Shown piece by piece: positions 30,491-40,914 of a stretch of DNA of 64,000 bases. Every line of letters begins with the position of its first letter. Position 1 is the first letter of the stretch. The notes under the pieces were generated by a model that was not told the DNA's origin, searched no databases, and saw only the letters and a list, made by a program, of their open reading frames with translations. Source of the stretch: an uncultured Verrucomicrobiae bacterium (GTDB lineage Bacteria; Verrucomicrobiota; Verrucomicrobiia; Chthoniobacterales; JAFAMB01); assembly GCA_963837955.1 (NCBI GenBank), contig CAWIPH010000002.1, positions 2,688,001 to 2,752,000 of the forward strand, given 5' to 3'. The position numbers and the translations under genes were made by a program.

Positions 30491-31408
30491 ATGCTCTTCC
30501 GCATTTCTCACCAGACCGACTACCACTATCCAACCCCGGTCGCGGAAGCATATCTCGAACTGCGGCTCACTCCTCTAAGTCGCCGTGATCAGATAGTGAA
30601 ACGACATGCACTGGTTATTGAGCCGAACGTCCAAATTTCAAATTACGAAGACTATTTCGGGAACCAAGTCTCCTTCATTTCCCTGCCGTTTAGACACTTG
30701 CGGCTCAGGATTTCCAGCGAGGCGCTGGTGGCAACAACCCGGCCTCCTCTGCCAGTAGAGTGCCTCGAACTATCCATCCAGGAATCACGTCAAATATTAG
30801 CCTCCGCTTTGCCATTCGTGTACGATTATTTACAGCCTACCGAGATGGTGAAAATAAGTCGGGAAGCGGCCCAATGGGCGCGACGATATCTTAGCGGGCG
30901 GGTGGTTCTTCGGAAGGGCCTCGAAGAGTTGAATCATGCGATCTGGGAATCATTCGAGTACCAGAAAGGCTCAACCGAATTTTCCACGGATCTTTCCGTT
31001 GTTTGGAAACAGCGGCGAGGTGTTTGCCAAGACTTTGCGCACGTGATGCTGAGCGTTCTGCGCATAGCGGGTCTGCCTTCCCGGTATGTCTGTGGCTACA
31101 TCGAAACAGCCCTGCCGGAGAGTGTTGATTCCCGGGCTCCGCGATTGGTTGGCTCCATTGCCACGCACGCCTGGGTGGAAACCTTCGTCCCAGGTCAGAC
31201 TTGGGTGGCCCTTGACCCGACGAACAATCGCTGGTGCGGCGAGCAGCATATCGCTGTCTCATTCGGTCGGGACGCGAGAGATGCCGCCCCCGTGCACGGC
31301 ACCTTCAAAGGCGGAGGCAAACAATCCCTGAAAGTCCGCGTTAAAGTGAGACGGCTACGCGAACCGGCCGTCGAACGCAAAAAGAACTCTTTGCCGGCAA
31401 TCGGTTGA
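30491..31408 (+). CDS. Transglutaminase-family protein
   Basis: Bacterial TG N-domain (HQTDYHY, DYFGN); triad motifs GVCQDFAH, HAWVE, LDPTN; start moved to ATG 30491. Confidence 0.92.
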   Translation: MLFRISHQTDYHYPTPVAEAYLELRLTPLSRRDQIVKRHALVIEPNVQISNYEDYFGNQVSFISLPFRHLRLRISSEALVATTRPPLPVECLELSIQESRQILASALPFVYDYLQPTEMVKISREAAQWARRYLSGRVVLRKGLEELNHAIWESFEYQKGSTEFSTDLSVVWKQRRGVCQDFAHVMLSVLRIAGLPSRYVCGYIETALPESVDSRAPRLVGSIATHAWVETFVPGQTWVALDPTNNRWCGEQHIAVSFGRDARDAAPVHGTFKGGGKQSLKVRVKVRRLREPAVERKKNSLPAIG

Positions 31409-31416
31409 CCCTGCTT

Positions 31417-34248
31417 ATGCGTGTCCAAATCGAGAACTGGATGAGATACACTTACGAGAAGCCGGTTAGCTTCTCGCCCCACAAAGTTCGTCTCTACCCG
31501 CGGACCGATCCGACGATCGTTACTCACCGATTACAAACGCTCGCTAATATTCCGGCAGATGTTCAATACCGGCGGGATCTTTATGACAACCTGATTGCTA
31601 ATTGTTTCTTCACGGAGCCGGCCAAAACATTGGAACTAAGGATCCAGCTTGAAGTCGAACTGTCGCCGAGGAACCCATTCCACTTCTTATTGGCTCCCTA
31701 TGCCGTAGAACTCCCGTTCAGTTACACCGAAACAGAAGCGAGAGTCTTAGCGCCGTACCTTGAGACTCTGGCAGCGGATGAAGTCGACTCGGATGAAATC
31801 TGGCGATTCGAAGGGAAGCGAAGCACGGTCGATACCCTGGTTGATTTAGCTGGCACGTTGCATTCCGAGATCAGTTACGAGGTACGGGATGACGGCGAAG
31901 CGCGGCCTCCGTCGCGTACGCTGGAATTACGGTCCGGAGCCTGTCGTGATACTGCCCTCCTGGCAGCATCCATCATACGCAAAATGGGATTGGCTGTTCG
32001 CTTAGTGAGTGGGTTTCTCTGCGAGTTTCAGGTCGATGTACGGGCTCGGCGAGCGGATAGCGCGCTCCATGCCTGGATAGAGGTTTTTCTTCCAGGAGCC
32101 GGTTGGGTCGGCATCGATCCGACGAACGGCACATTTTGTGACCATCGATTCATCCCCACCGCGGCTGGCATCGTTATGGCCGATATCGCACCGGTCGAAG
32201 GGAGCTATTTTGGCAACGAAAGAGTGCCGTCGGATTTTCAGGCGAAACTGGAGCTTGAGCTGGTGGTCGAAAAAGATCTGGATCGTCTGGCCGAAAACCT
32301 CGAGCAGACTCTGGCTACTGAAAGGGTCGCTCTCACCCTGGGAGGCGAGCCGACCTTTGTGCCGGAACATCCAGAAGGAGCCGAATGGAAGGTGGCGGCG
32401 GTCGGTCCGACAAAAATTACCTACGCTTACCAAATCGCGAACACGATCGTTGAATCGGATTGGCCCGGCGCAATCATCCTTTACACGCCAGGCAAGCTTT
32501 ACCCAGACGAAATCGATCCTCGTTGGGCTCTCAACATCTTGCGACCTCCCCAGCCTTTTCCAGCTTCGACCAAAGAGGCATTTGCTCCCGACGAAAAGAG
32601 CCTCAAACATCTGCGAGACACGGTAATCGATCATTTGAAGATCGAGGATCGCTGGATGAAAGCGTACGATCCGCGTGAACCTAAAAAGCAGATCTGGGTG
32701 CTCCCATTGGATTTTTCAGAAGGAGAATGGAAAAGCGAAAAATGGAATCTGCGAAAGTTGGAGCTCATTCCAGCCAACGGCCCAGCCGGATTACGGTTGC
32801 CGCTGGTGGATTTGCCGAAAAACCTGACGAAACGCGCGCTAGTGGTCGAAGTGCAACCCACGTACCTCGACCTGTTTCTCCCTCCTCTTCTTTCGACTGA
32901 ATTCGCGTTGCTGGTCTGGATGATTTACGACGCCTTCGACCAACCAACTGACATTCATTGGCAGGGGTATGTTCCGGTCGATCTTCCTCCGGAATGGTCC
33001 CGAATCGCCCTGACCGCCGATCCCGGTGTTCTGGAAGTCAATCTTCCTGCGTGCCCTGATTGGAAGACCTACCAATCCTGGTTGGAGCGTTTGGAAACGA
33101 TTAGCCGAGAGCACGGTTTGCGCTGTTTCAAAGAAGATGGCCTGACGGTGGGAACCGGCGGTGGCAACCACGTGCTCTTTGGCGGACCCTCTCTCGAGCG
33201 CAATCCGTTTTTCGTCCGGCCGCAATGGGTGGCTTCCATCGGGCGCTATTGGCAGCATCACCCCGCTCTCTCCTACCTCTTTACCGGGCTCTACGTTGGA
33301 GGTTCTTCTCAGGCACCGCGTCCCGACGAGTGCGGGCACGATCTCCTTGATCTCGAGCTCGCCTATCGTCAGCTCGAATCCCTGGGTCCGGGCGATCAAC
33401 GCGAAAGCATCCATGAGATCTTGCGCCATCTGCACACCGATCCGAGCGGAAACCCGCACCGGAGCGAGATCAGTGTAGATAAATTTTGGTCATACCCGCT
33501 TGGAAATTGGGGTCTACTCGAGTTTCGGGCGATCGAGAGTCTGCCAAAGGTACGGTGGGCAACGGCGGTGGCTTTGCTGTTCCGCACCACCCTCGCCTAT
33601 CTGCTCAAGCAGCCATATCGATCGGCCCTGAAACAGTGGGGACAGGAGTTGCATGATCGATTTTTCTTGCCGACTCTCCTCTGGAGGGATCTCACTGATG
33701 TGCTCACTGAGTTGGCCCAATTCGGTTTCGCATTTGATCCTGGGCTATTCCGCGAGATATGGGAATGGCGCTTTCCTCCCCTGCTCCAATTGGAAGGCCT
33801 CACCATTCGCAAAGGTTTAGAAGCCTGGTCGTTGTTGACCGACACTCCCGTAGAAGGCCAGACCACGAGCCGATTCGTCGATAGCTCGATAACCCGGCTA
33901 GAGTTTTCCGCTGACGCTCAATTTCATCGGGAACACCAGGTCTTTGTGAATGGCCGCGAACTGCCTTTTCGCTCCTTTTCAGCGCGAGAATTGATCGTTG
34001 GATTACGCTATCGCAGTTCTGCCCTCTATCCCTCTTTGCACCCGAAACTGCCGATCCAAACACCGCTCGTTGTCACGATCCTCAGTCGTGATGCCGATAA
34101 GCTGATCGCTCAGTACGTTCTGCCAAAAGAACAAAGCAGTTTTTCGGAAAGTGATTCACGCGATTTCAGCCGAGGTAAACCATGTGAGCCGCCTGCGCCG
34201 GGCTTGATCACGTGCGACCTGCGAATAGAAGAATCCCTGTTTGGTTAA
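31417..34248 (+). CDS. Transglutaminase fused to DUF2126 (putative COOH-NH2 amidoligase)
   Basis: GACRDTA, LHAWIEV, IDPTNG; then LTLGGEPTFV, DPGVLEVN, GTGGGNH, SQAPRPDE, HRSEISVDK, GLLEFRA. Confidence 0.9.
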   Translation: MRVQIENWMRYTYEKPVSFSPHKVRLYPRTDPTIVTHRLQTLANIPADVQYRRDLYDNLIANCFFTEPAKTLELRIQLEVELSPRNPFHFLLAPYAVELPFSYTETEARVLAPYLETLAADEVDSDEIWRFEGKRSTVDTLVDLAGTLHSEISYEVRDDGEARPPSRTLELRSGACRDTALLAASIIRKMGLAVRLVSGFLCEFQVDVRARRADSALHAWIEVFLPGAGWVGIDPTNGTFCDHRFIPTAAGIVMADIAPVEGSYFGNERVPSDFQAKLELELVVEKDLDRLAENLEQTLATERVALTLGGEPTFVPEHPEGAEWKVAAVGPTKITYAYQIANTIVESDWPGAIILYTPGKLYPDEIDPRWALNILRPPQPFPASTKEAFAPDEKSLKHLRDTVIDHLKIEDRWMKAYDPREPKKQIWVLPLDFSEGEWKSEKWNLRKLELIPANGPAGLRLPLVDLPKNLTKRALVVEVQPTYLDLFLPPLLSTEFALLVWMIYDAFDQPTDIHWQGYVPVDLPPEWSRIALTADPGVLEVNLPACPDWKTYQSWLERLETISREHGLRCFKEDGLTVGTGGGNHVLFGGPSLERNPFFVRPQWVASIGRYWQHHPALSYLFTGLYVGGSSQAPRPDECGHDLLDLELAYRQLESLGPGDQRESIHEILRHLHTDPSGNPHRSEISVDKFWSYPLGNWGLLEFRAIESLPKVRWATAVALLFRTTLAYLLKQPYRSALKQWGQELHDRFFLPTLLWRDLTDVLTELAQFGFAFDPGLFREIWEWRFPPLLQLEGLTIRKGLEAWSLLTDTPVEGQTTSRFVDSSITRLEFSADAQFHREHQVFVNGRELPFRSFSARELIVGLRYRSSALYPSLHPKLPIQTPLVVTILSRDADKLIAQYVLPKEQSSFSESDSRDFSRGKPCEPPAPGLITCDLRIEESLFG

Positions 34249-34347
34249 CCGCCGGTGGTTATCCTTCAGATCTGGCGAAGCAGCCAGCAAAGTCCGATCC
34301 TTCTTCGTTCCCCCCGCAACCCACAAACTGCCGCGGACAAACCTGGC

Positions 34348-34830
34348 TCAAGAGCCCAAGTTGCGGCTACAGGGCAAGTCATCGGGAAACAGGAGGCGAT
34401 CATCCTCCAAGAGAACTTCAAATATCGGAGTTGTTTTCGCCATTTCTTCCACAAAGGGATAGACCTTAATCACCGTGGCCATTGGGAGAAGGGCTAGCAG
34501 ATCTTCGATCCGCCTTCCCTGAAGCTTCGTGTTGAGCGCATCTTTTTGAGAGAGATTAGCGTTCTGGCGAAGCCATTGAGCGATCTCATCTTCGACCGAG
34601 GCTTGCGCAACGACTTCGAGAAGGCGGTCTTCCGGCACTTCAATCCCGTCGAGCAGAGCAAGGCTCAAACCGGGTAAAGCCGTGCTCATACCGCGAATGG
34701 TGTAGGCGCCGATCTTGCCGCCGGGAAGCTTCGCACGCAATTTATCGATCGTGCGCGGCATCATGTATAGACCCTCGATCTTTTGATAAGGGCTGCGTGG
34801 CGGACGAGTCGTCAAATCGAGAGGTTCCAT
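34348..34830 (-). CDS. DUF5069-like protein
   Basis: DLTTRPPRSP...PRTIDK.RA...G..G.Y N-terminus and LEDD C-terminus; paralogue at 55230. Confidence 0.75.
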   Translation of the reverse strand: MEPLDLTTRPPRSPYQKIEGLYMMPRTIDKLRAKLPGGKIGAYTIRGMSTALPGLSLALLDGIEVPEDRLLEVVAQASVEDEIAQWLRQNANLSQKDALNTKLQGRRIEDLLALLPMATVIKVYPFVEEMAKTTPIFEVLLEDDRLLFPDDLPCSRNLGS

Positions 34831-34873
34831 TTCGGACGTTATCGTAGTGCCAACGCCACGGATGGCGCCCGCT

Positions 34874-35815
34874 CTATTTCATCCGATCGAACGTCTTTTG
34901 CAGGATCTCCAGATCACTGGCATTACCGGTCTTTGCCCGGCTCGCTTCAATCCACTTCTGTTCGAGAGCGTTTTTCGTTGGACGATCAATTTCGTAAAAG
35001 ACACCAAAAAGACCCGGAAACGGCACATCGGCTAGTCGGTATGCTGCGATTTCGTCGGTCAAGTCGTGACGCGCTTCGTCCTCGGGTGAATCGTCCCACT
35101 TCTTTTCATCTATGAGCTTGAACTCGCCCCCCTTCCGCGGGTTACCCGCGTCGAAGGCCCCGGGATAGAACTCTATACATTCCGACAAACACTCTATCAC
35201 CGAGAATCCATCGTGATCCATCGCTCGCTCGATCATTTGGATCATATGGTTGACCTGGGCAGCATGCGTGCGCGCGACGAACGTGGCACCCGCAGCAATC
35301 AGTTTTTTGATAGGATTGACCGGGTGGTCGATTGCCCCGGTCGGATCAGTCTTGGATCGATAGCCAATTGGTGAAGTCGGAGAGGTCTGTTTTTTGGTCA
35401 GACCATAGACAAAATTGTCCATGATCACGTAAGTCAGTCGGATGTTCTTGCGGGCTCCGTGGTCAAGATGGTTTCCACCGATGGAAAAGCCATCACCGTC
35501 CCCTCCGAAAAGGAATATGTGAAGGTCGGGACGGGCCAGACTGATGGCGGACGCTAACGGAACCGCGCGCCCATGGATGAAATGCGCGCCGTGCGTATTG
35601 ACGAAATACGGAAAACGAGAGGAACAACCGATGCCTGCCAATGTTACAATGTTTTCGTGCGGTAGCTGCCGCTTTTCTAACACCTTGTAAAAAGAAGCCA
35701 AGACGGCAAAATCCCCACATGCAGGACACCAAGTAGGGTGATCAGCCGTAATCGCTTTCTTCGTCAATTTCTCGCGTTCCGGTGGTGTTGCCGGGACGGC
35801 ATCTGCTGGATTCAT
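34874..35815 (-). CDS. korB: 2-oxoacid:ferredoxin oxidoreductase beta subunit
   Basis: WCPACGD, GIGCSSR, HGRA, GGDGDGFSIGGNH, DNFVYGLTKKQTSPT. Confidence 0.92.
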   Translation of the reverse strand: MNPADAVPATPPEREKLTKKAITADHPTWCPACGDFAVLASFYKVLEKRQLPHENIVTLAGIGCSSRFPYFVNTHGAHFIHGRAVPLASAISLARPDLHIFLFGGDGDGFSIGGNHLDHGARKNIRLTYVIMDNFVYGLTKKQTSPTSPIGYRSKTDPTGAIDHPVNPIKKLIAAGATFVARTHAAQVNHMIQMIERAMDHDGFSVIECLSECIEFYPGAFDAGNPRKGGEFKLIDEKKWDDSPEDEARHDLTDEIAAYRLADVPFPGLFGVFYEIDRPTKNALEQKWIEASRAKTGNASDLEILQKTFDRMK

Positions 35816-37623
35816 TTGAATACTCCTTCCAGAATTTCGCGGACGCGATAGGTCAATCCATCGGTCTTAGTCAGACTCTCAATTTTTGGGTTGCAAAACT
35901 GGGCGCGCAAGATCGTCGCAAGTTGGCCATAACCATACAAGCCTTGGTCGTTCATTTCGACTACGACGATCCTGCGAAACCGCTCGAAGATCGAATCCAA
36001 TCCACGCGGGAGCGGATGAAGATGACGAAGATGCAAGGCGGAAACACTTTGGCCGCGGTCGCGCGCTCGGTGGACAGCCTCGTAAATCGGGCCATAGGTC
36101 GAACCCCAGCCCACCAGCAATACGTCGCCCTCGGGACTACCGTGGACTTGAGGCAGCGGCAGTTCGTCCGCCAACTGTTGGTATTTCTTCCGCCGTTTCG
36201 CCGTCATGCCCGCGTGCAGACGAGGCGATGCGGTTGGGTGGCCCATTTCATCGTGCTCCAGCCCAGTTACCACCGGATATTTGCCTTCCAGTATGCGGGT
36301 CCCCGGTGGGGCATGCTGAGTGATCCCGTCCAGAGGATATGGCCTAAAGCCAGCCGAACGCGGTTGCAGATCTGGTTTTGGCTCTTGCATCAGCTCGGCT
36401 AAATCAGGTTCGTCGAAAGCTTCGATTCGAGTGGCCAAAGAAGAATCGCTCAAAATGAACACCGGCGTGCTGTATTTGCGGGCAATCCGGGTGGCCTCCA
36501 ACGCAATATAAAAACAATCTTCAACGGTTGCCGCAGCGAGGACTACGCGCGGACTGTCACCGTGCCCGCCAAATACTGCCTGATAAAGATCACTCTGCTC
36601 CACGTTCGTCGGTAACCCGGTACTCGGTCCGCCTCGCTGAACATTGATCACGATTAGCGGAATCTCCGCCATCGAAGCCCAACCGATCGCTTCCGCTTTC
36701 AACGAAATGCCGGGTCCGGCGCTCCCAGTGACAGCGAGCGAACCAGAATAGGAAAATCCGAGTGCCAGCGAAACTGCGGCCAATTCGTCTTCAGCTTGGA
36801 CGAACAGGCCACCATATTTGGGGAATTCTGAGCGAAGAATTTCCATTACCGATGACCAGGGCGTAATCGGGTAACCCGCACCGTATCGGACGCCGCCGGC
36901 AATCAACCCGTAGGCCAGGGCCTGATTTCCATCCATCGTGACTTGGGCGCGGTCCGAAGTTCGTGGGCTCGGCTCGAACTCGTAAAGTGTAGTGAGGAGA
37001 TTGCGTACCGGATAGGCGTATCCGGCTTGGAATGCCATGAGGGCGGTATTCACGACGCTCTCGTTTTTGCCGCCAAACCGTTCGCGGATGAGCCCTTTTA
37101 GTTTTTCCGCGTTAAGATGAAAAATACTAGCTAAGAGCCCGAGTACGAAGATGTTCTTCCCTTTGTCCTTGGCTGTTCCACCGAGCGCTTCAACCGTGAG
37201 TCCCGTGATCGGAACGCCCACATAGACAAACCGTTTGTCCTCACGATTCGGTTGAACCTGATCCGAATCGTAAAGCAGGACGCCCCCTTCCCGGAGGAAA
37301 TCGAGGTGGTTTTCGTAACTGTGCTGATAAAAAGCGACCAGGAAATCCGCCTCATCACCAGCCGAGAGTACTTCCCCGGAACCGATGCGGACTTGGAAGA
37401 TCGATGGTCCCCCCGAAATCGTCGAGGGAATCGTCATATACGTGATTACATCCTGCGCGCTACGTCCTGCTAAGCGCGCCAGGAACGCGCCAGCGGTCTG
37501 GATGCCATCTTGAGAATTGCCGGCCAGCCGAATGACTGCGTCGCGAATGTGCTCGGGTCGCAAGTCGGCGCGTCCGGTAGGCAACGAAGGGGCCGATTCA
37601 GGCAAAACGGGGGAAGAACTCAA
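35812..37623 (-). CDS. korA: 2-oxoacid:ferredoxin oxidoreductase alpha (gamma-alpha fused) subunit
   Basis: GYPITP, QAEDELAA, GPGISLKAE, QRGGPSTGLPT, VGWGSTYG, VEMN. Confidence 0.92.
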   Translation of the reverse strand: MSSSPVLPESAPSLPTGRADLRPEHIRDAVIRLAGNSQDGIQTAGAFLARLAGRSAQDVITYMTIPSTISGGPSIFQVRIGSGEVLSAGDEADFLVAFYQHSYENHLDFLREGGVLLYDSDQVQPNREDKRFVYVGVPITGLTVEALGGTAKDKGKNIFVLGLLASIFHLNAEKLKGLIRERFGGKNESVVNTALMAFQAGYAYPVRNLLTTLYEFEPSPRTSDRAQVTMDGNQALAYGLIAGGVRYGAGYPITPWSSVMEILRSEFPKYGGLFVQAEDELAAVSLALGFSYSGSLAVTGSAGPGISLKAEAIGWASMAEIPLIVINVQRGGPSTGLPTNVEQSDLYQAVFGGHGDSPRVVLAAATVEDCFYIALEATRIARKYSTPVFILSDSSLATRIEAFDEPDLAELMQEPKPDLQPRSAGFRPYPLDGITQHAPPGTRILEGKYPVVTGLEHDEMGHPTASPRLHAGMTAKRRKKYQQLADELPLPQVHGSPEGDVLLVGWGSTYGPIYEAVHRARDRGQSVSALHLRHLHPLPRGLDSIFERFRRIVVVEMNDQGLYGYGQLATILRAQFCNPKIESLTKTDGLTYRVREILEGVFK

Positions 37624-37689
37624 AGCAAATGTTTCTTAAATGCTAATAGAGATGGCAACCCCTTGTCAACGTGCTGTGCGCGATTCCGA

Positions 37690-39066
37690 TCATGCATTAT
37701 GCACCGCTTGCACGAGGTTGGTCAGCGATTCTTTCGCATCGCCATACAGCATCCCGCAATTGGGCTTGAAGAAAAGGGGATTAACCAGACCGGAAAATCC
37801 TTTCCCCTGTCCTCGCTTGAGCACGACAACCGTTTTCGCGCGGTCGACTTCTAAAATCGGCATTCCGGCGATGATACTTTTGGGATTATCCCGAGCGTCC
37901 GGATTCACAACGTCATTAGCTCCAATCACGATCGCCACATCGGTAGAGGGAAACTCCGGATTGATTACATCTAGCTCCTGGAGTTGCGAGTAGGGCACGC
38001 TCGCTTCGGCCAGCAAAACGTTCATATGTCCGGGCATTCTTCCGGCCACCGGATGGATAGCGTACTTCACTGTCACACCCCGTTCTTCAAGCGCATCGGC
38101 CAATTCCCGCAAGACATGTTGGGCTTGCGCAGTCGCCATTCCGTAGCCAGGCACAAAAACCGCCTGGCGCGCATAAGCGAGCTGTACGGCAACGTCGTCC
38201 AAACCTATTTCTCGCATTTGTCCTTCGCTCGATTGCGTCGTCTCTGAAACGCTGCCGAACGCGCCGAATAGGACGTTTGTAATCGAACGGTTCATCGCTT
38301 TGCACATCACGATCGAAAGAATAAATCCGGAACCGCCGTCTAAGGTTCCCGCGATGATCAATACATTATTGCCGATCACCATCCCGGTCGCAGCGGCCGC
38401 CAGGCCTGCGTACGAGTTCAACAAGGCGATTACTACTGGCATATCTGCAGCGCCGATTGGCAGCACGAGCAGAACGCCAAAGGCAAACGCCAGGATCAAC
38501 ATTAGATAGAACAACACAGACGCTCCCGGAAAGAACAGCAGACAAACGAAGCAGATGATGGTGACTGCCAAGAGCGACAGATTGAAGATATTTTGGCCCT
38601 TGTACGTGAGGGGCGCGCCTGGTATTAAACCCTGGAGTTTAGCAAATGCTACCAAACTGCCAGTGGTGGTCAGCGAGCCAAGCAAGACTTCAAAACTGAG
38701 CGCGCCCATCTTGAATTGTCCGAGCCCAGCGCCGTGCAGGTAGTACTCCGAGATTCCCACGAGAGATGCGGCGAGCGCACCGAATGCATGTGACAGAGCC
38801 GTCCGCTGCGGCATCGCTGTCATTGGCACCCATAAACCCATGGCCAGTCCAATCGTTGAGCCAATCAAGAGCCCCGCGATGATCCACTCATAGCTAACTA
38901 TCTCGCGGTTGACCAACGTGCCCAAAATAGCGAGCAGCATGCCAAACTCGGCTAAATGCATGCCGCGCCGCGCGGTGTCCGGGTGACTCAACCCGCGGAG
39001 CCCGAGGATGAAAAGAATCGAAGCCAGGAGATAACTGGTTTCAATAAACAGGGTGCGTACGTCCAC
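37690..39066 (-). CDS. pntB: NAD(P) transhydrogenase beta subunit
   Basis: MTAMPQ, ADMPVVIALLNSYAG, PGYGMA.AQAQH, IHPVAGRMPGHMNVLLAEA, GANDVVNP. Confidence 0.96.
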   Translation of the reverse strand: MDVRTLFIETSYLLASILFILGLRGLSHPDTARRGMHLAEFGMLLAILGTLVNREIVSYEWIIAGLLIGSTIGLAMGLWVPMTAMPQRTALSHAFGALAASLVGISEYYLHGAGLGQFKMGALSFEVLLGSLTTTGSLVAFAKLQGLIPGAPLTYKGQNIFNLSLLAVTIICFVCLLFFPGASVLFYLMLILAFAFGVLLVLPIGAADMPVVIALLNSYAGLAAAATGMVIGNNVLIIAGTLDGGSGFILSIVMCKAMNRSITNVLFGAFGSVSETTQSSEGQMREIGLDDVAVQLAYARQAVFVPGYGMATAQAQHVLRELADALEERGVTVKYAIHPVAGRMPGHMNVLLAEASVPYSQLQELDVINPEFPSTDVAIVIGANDVVNPDARDNPKSIIAGMPILEVDRAKTVVVLKRGQGKGFSGLVNPLFFKPNCGMLYGDAKESLTNLVQAVHNA

Positions 39067-39069
39067 GGC

Positions 39070-39375
39070 TCAGTCCTCCTTTTTCACAGTCTCCCGCTTT
39101 CTGAACATCTTCAGCATGCGATCGGTAATGACGAAACCGCCGACCACGTTAATGGTGGAACAGGTCACGGCTAAGAATCCGAGCACGGCGCTCACCGCTG
39201 TTAGATGCGCGCCTGCCGTCACTAACGAACCGACCAGCGAAATTCCGGAGATCGCGTTGGTTGCTGACATGAGTGGGGTGTGAAGAAGCGAAGGCACTCG
39301 CGAGATGACTTGGTAGCCAAGAAATGCCGCCAGGATCAAAACGTAAAAGGTAGCGATTAGTGTTTCAGCGGGCAT
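39070..39375 (-). CDS. pntAB: NAD(P) transhydrogenase alpha-2 (membrane) subunit
   Basis: LHTPLMSATNAISG, NVVGGFVITDRMLKMF. Confidence 0.95.
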   Translation of the reverse strand: MPAETLIATFYVLILAAFLGYQVISRVPSLLHTPLMSATNAISGISLVGSLVTAGAHLTAVSAVLGFLAVTCSTINVVGGFVITDRMLKMFRKRETVKKED

Positions 39376-39400
39376 AGCCTAGTGATGACGATTTTTAAAT

Positions 39401-39454
39401 GACACATGGGACATATGGGACTCATGAGACTTATGTGACCGATGGGACACATGA
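39401..39454. repeat. 9-mer tandem array (GAC..ATG.) x6 between pnt genes
   Basis: GACACATGG GACATATGG GACTCATGA GACTTATGT GACCGATGG GACACATGA; complementary array at 60107-60151. Confidence 0.75.
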
Positions 39455-39511
39455 GTCGTGTCCAAGATAGCTGGCGTGGTCCTGATCGTCCGCCGGATCG
39501 CTGTGCTGCCG

Positions 39512-40648
39512 CTAAGCTCCATAAGCTTTCCGAATGGTCTCATTGCAGATCTCGCCGGCGTGGGTGATGACGCAGCCCTTGAGCAGCTCATTGCTCAAAT
39601 CGAGAACGAACGCCTTCGTGTCCTTGTTCCAAAAATGTTCAACGAAGGCGCCAAGGTTGTTGGAATACATCTCGCTGGCATTCGTCGCTACGCGTCCCGG
39701 CAAGTTCGCATAACCCAGAATTTTGACGCCGTTCAGCACGACCTCCTCGTCGTACTCCGAACATTCGACGTTCCCTCCGGTCTCTACCGCTGTATCGACG
39801 ATGACGCTTCCTGGCCGCATCTTCTTAACCATTTCGGTGGTGACGACAATAGGAGCCTTCCTGCCAAAGACCTGAGCTGCGGTAATGACGATGTCCGCTA
39901 ACGCTACATGGTCTGCCATCACCTCGCGTTGTTTTTGTAGTTGTTCAGGTGTGAGCGCTTTGGCGTAACCCCCTGCTGTTTCGCCAGTCTCGCCCAAATC
40001 AACCTTTACAAATTTCGCTCCCAACGATTTCACCTGTTCCTCGACGACTGGCCGAGTATCGAATGCTTCCACCCAGGCGCCGAGTCGGCGGCCGGTCGCA
40101 ATTGCTTGTAGCCCGGCAACCCCAACCCCGATCACAAACATGCGCAGCGGTTTGATCGTTCCGGCCGCAGTAGTCATCATCGGCAGGATCCGTTTGATTG
40201 CGCCGGCGGCCAGAATAACGGCGACGTATCCCCCGAGATTGGCTTGCGAACTCAGAGCATCCATTTTTTGCGCGATGGCCACACGAGGAATCATTTCCAT
40301 GCTCACTGCGGTAATTCCTGCAGCCGCAAGTCGATGGACCAATTTTTCTTCGCTAAACGGATCAAGCAGGCTGACGTGAATACTCCCTGTTTTCAGCTGC
40401 GCGATTTCTTCCATCGCCGGTTTACGCAACCGCAATACCAGATCGGCGTTGCTCAAGGAGGCTGCCCGATCGGAACTGGTTTTTGCACCCCCGGATTCAT
40501 AATCAGCGTCTAACCAGCCTACCGATGTTCCCAAACCTTTTTCCACCTCGCAATCCGCTCCGAGTTTCACCAATTTGCCGGCCGTAACGGGCGAGATCGG
40601 AACGCGCAATTCGGTTGGATCAGCTTCTTTGGGGACAAAGATTCGCAT
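39512..40648 (-). CDS. pntAA: NAD(P) transhydrogenase alpha-1 (NAD-binding) subunit
   Basis: AQKMDALSSQANLGGY, GVGVAGLQAIAT, GGYAK, DIVITAAQVFG, GGNVE. Confidence 0.95.
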   Translation of the reverse strand: MRIFVPKEADPTELRVPISPVTAGKLVKLGADCEVEKGLGTSVGWLDADYESGGAKTSSDRAASLSNADLVLRLRKPAMEEIAQLKTGSIHVSLLDPFSEEKLVHRLAAAGITAVSMEMIPRVAIAQKMDALSSQANLGGYVAVILAAGAIKRILPMMTTAAGTIKPLRMFVIGVGVAGLQAIATGRRLGAWVEAFDTRPVVEEQVKSLGAKFVKVDLGETGETAGGYAKALTPEQLQKQREVMADHVALADIVITAAQVFGRKAPIVVTTEMVKKMRPGSVIVDTAVETGGNVECSEYDEEVVLNGVKILGYANLPGRVATNASEMYSNNLGAFVEHFWNKDTKAFVLDLSNELLKGCVITHAGEICNETIRKAYGA

Positions 40649-40914
40649 GATAATTAATCGACTCAGGGGAGCCGGTGATTGATAAAAAGTTCGTGAACGG
40701 CAGGCGCCAAAAAGACCAAATCCTTGCGTGCTGAGAAAGTGGAGGCGGAAACCATTCGGAGGTTTTCTGCGCGGATGATGCCCAAATCTTTTTGAAACAT
40801 CAATACAGGATACAGAATACAGGAGCCAGGGACGACAACCGCTCCTATCCGGTTTCAGACACTGCCATCCGAAATCGCTCGACCAACATTCCAGCCCTGG
40901 GCCAATATCGGCGG

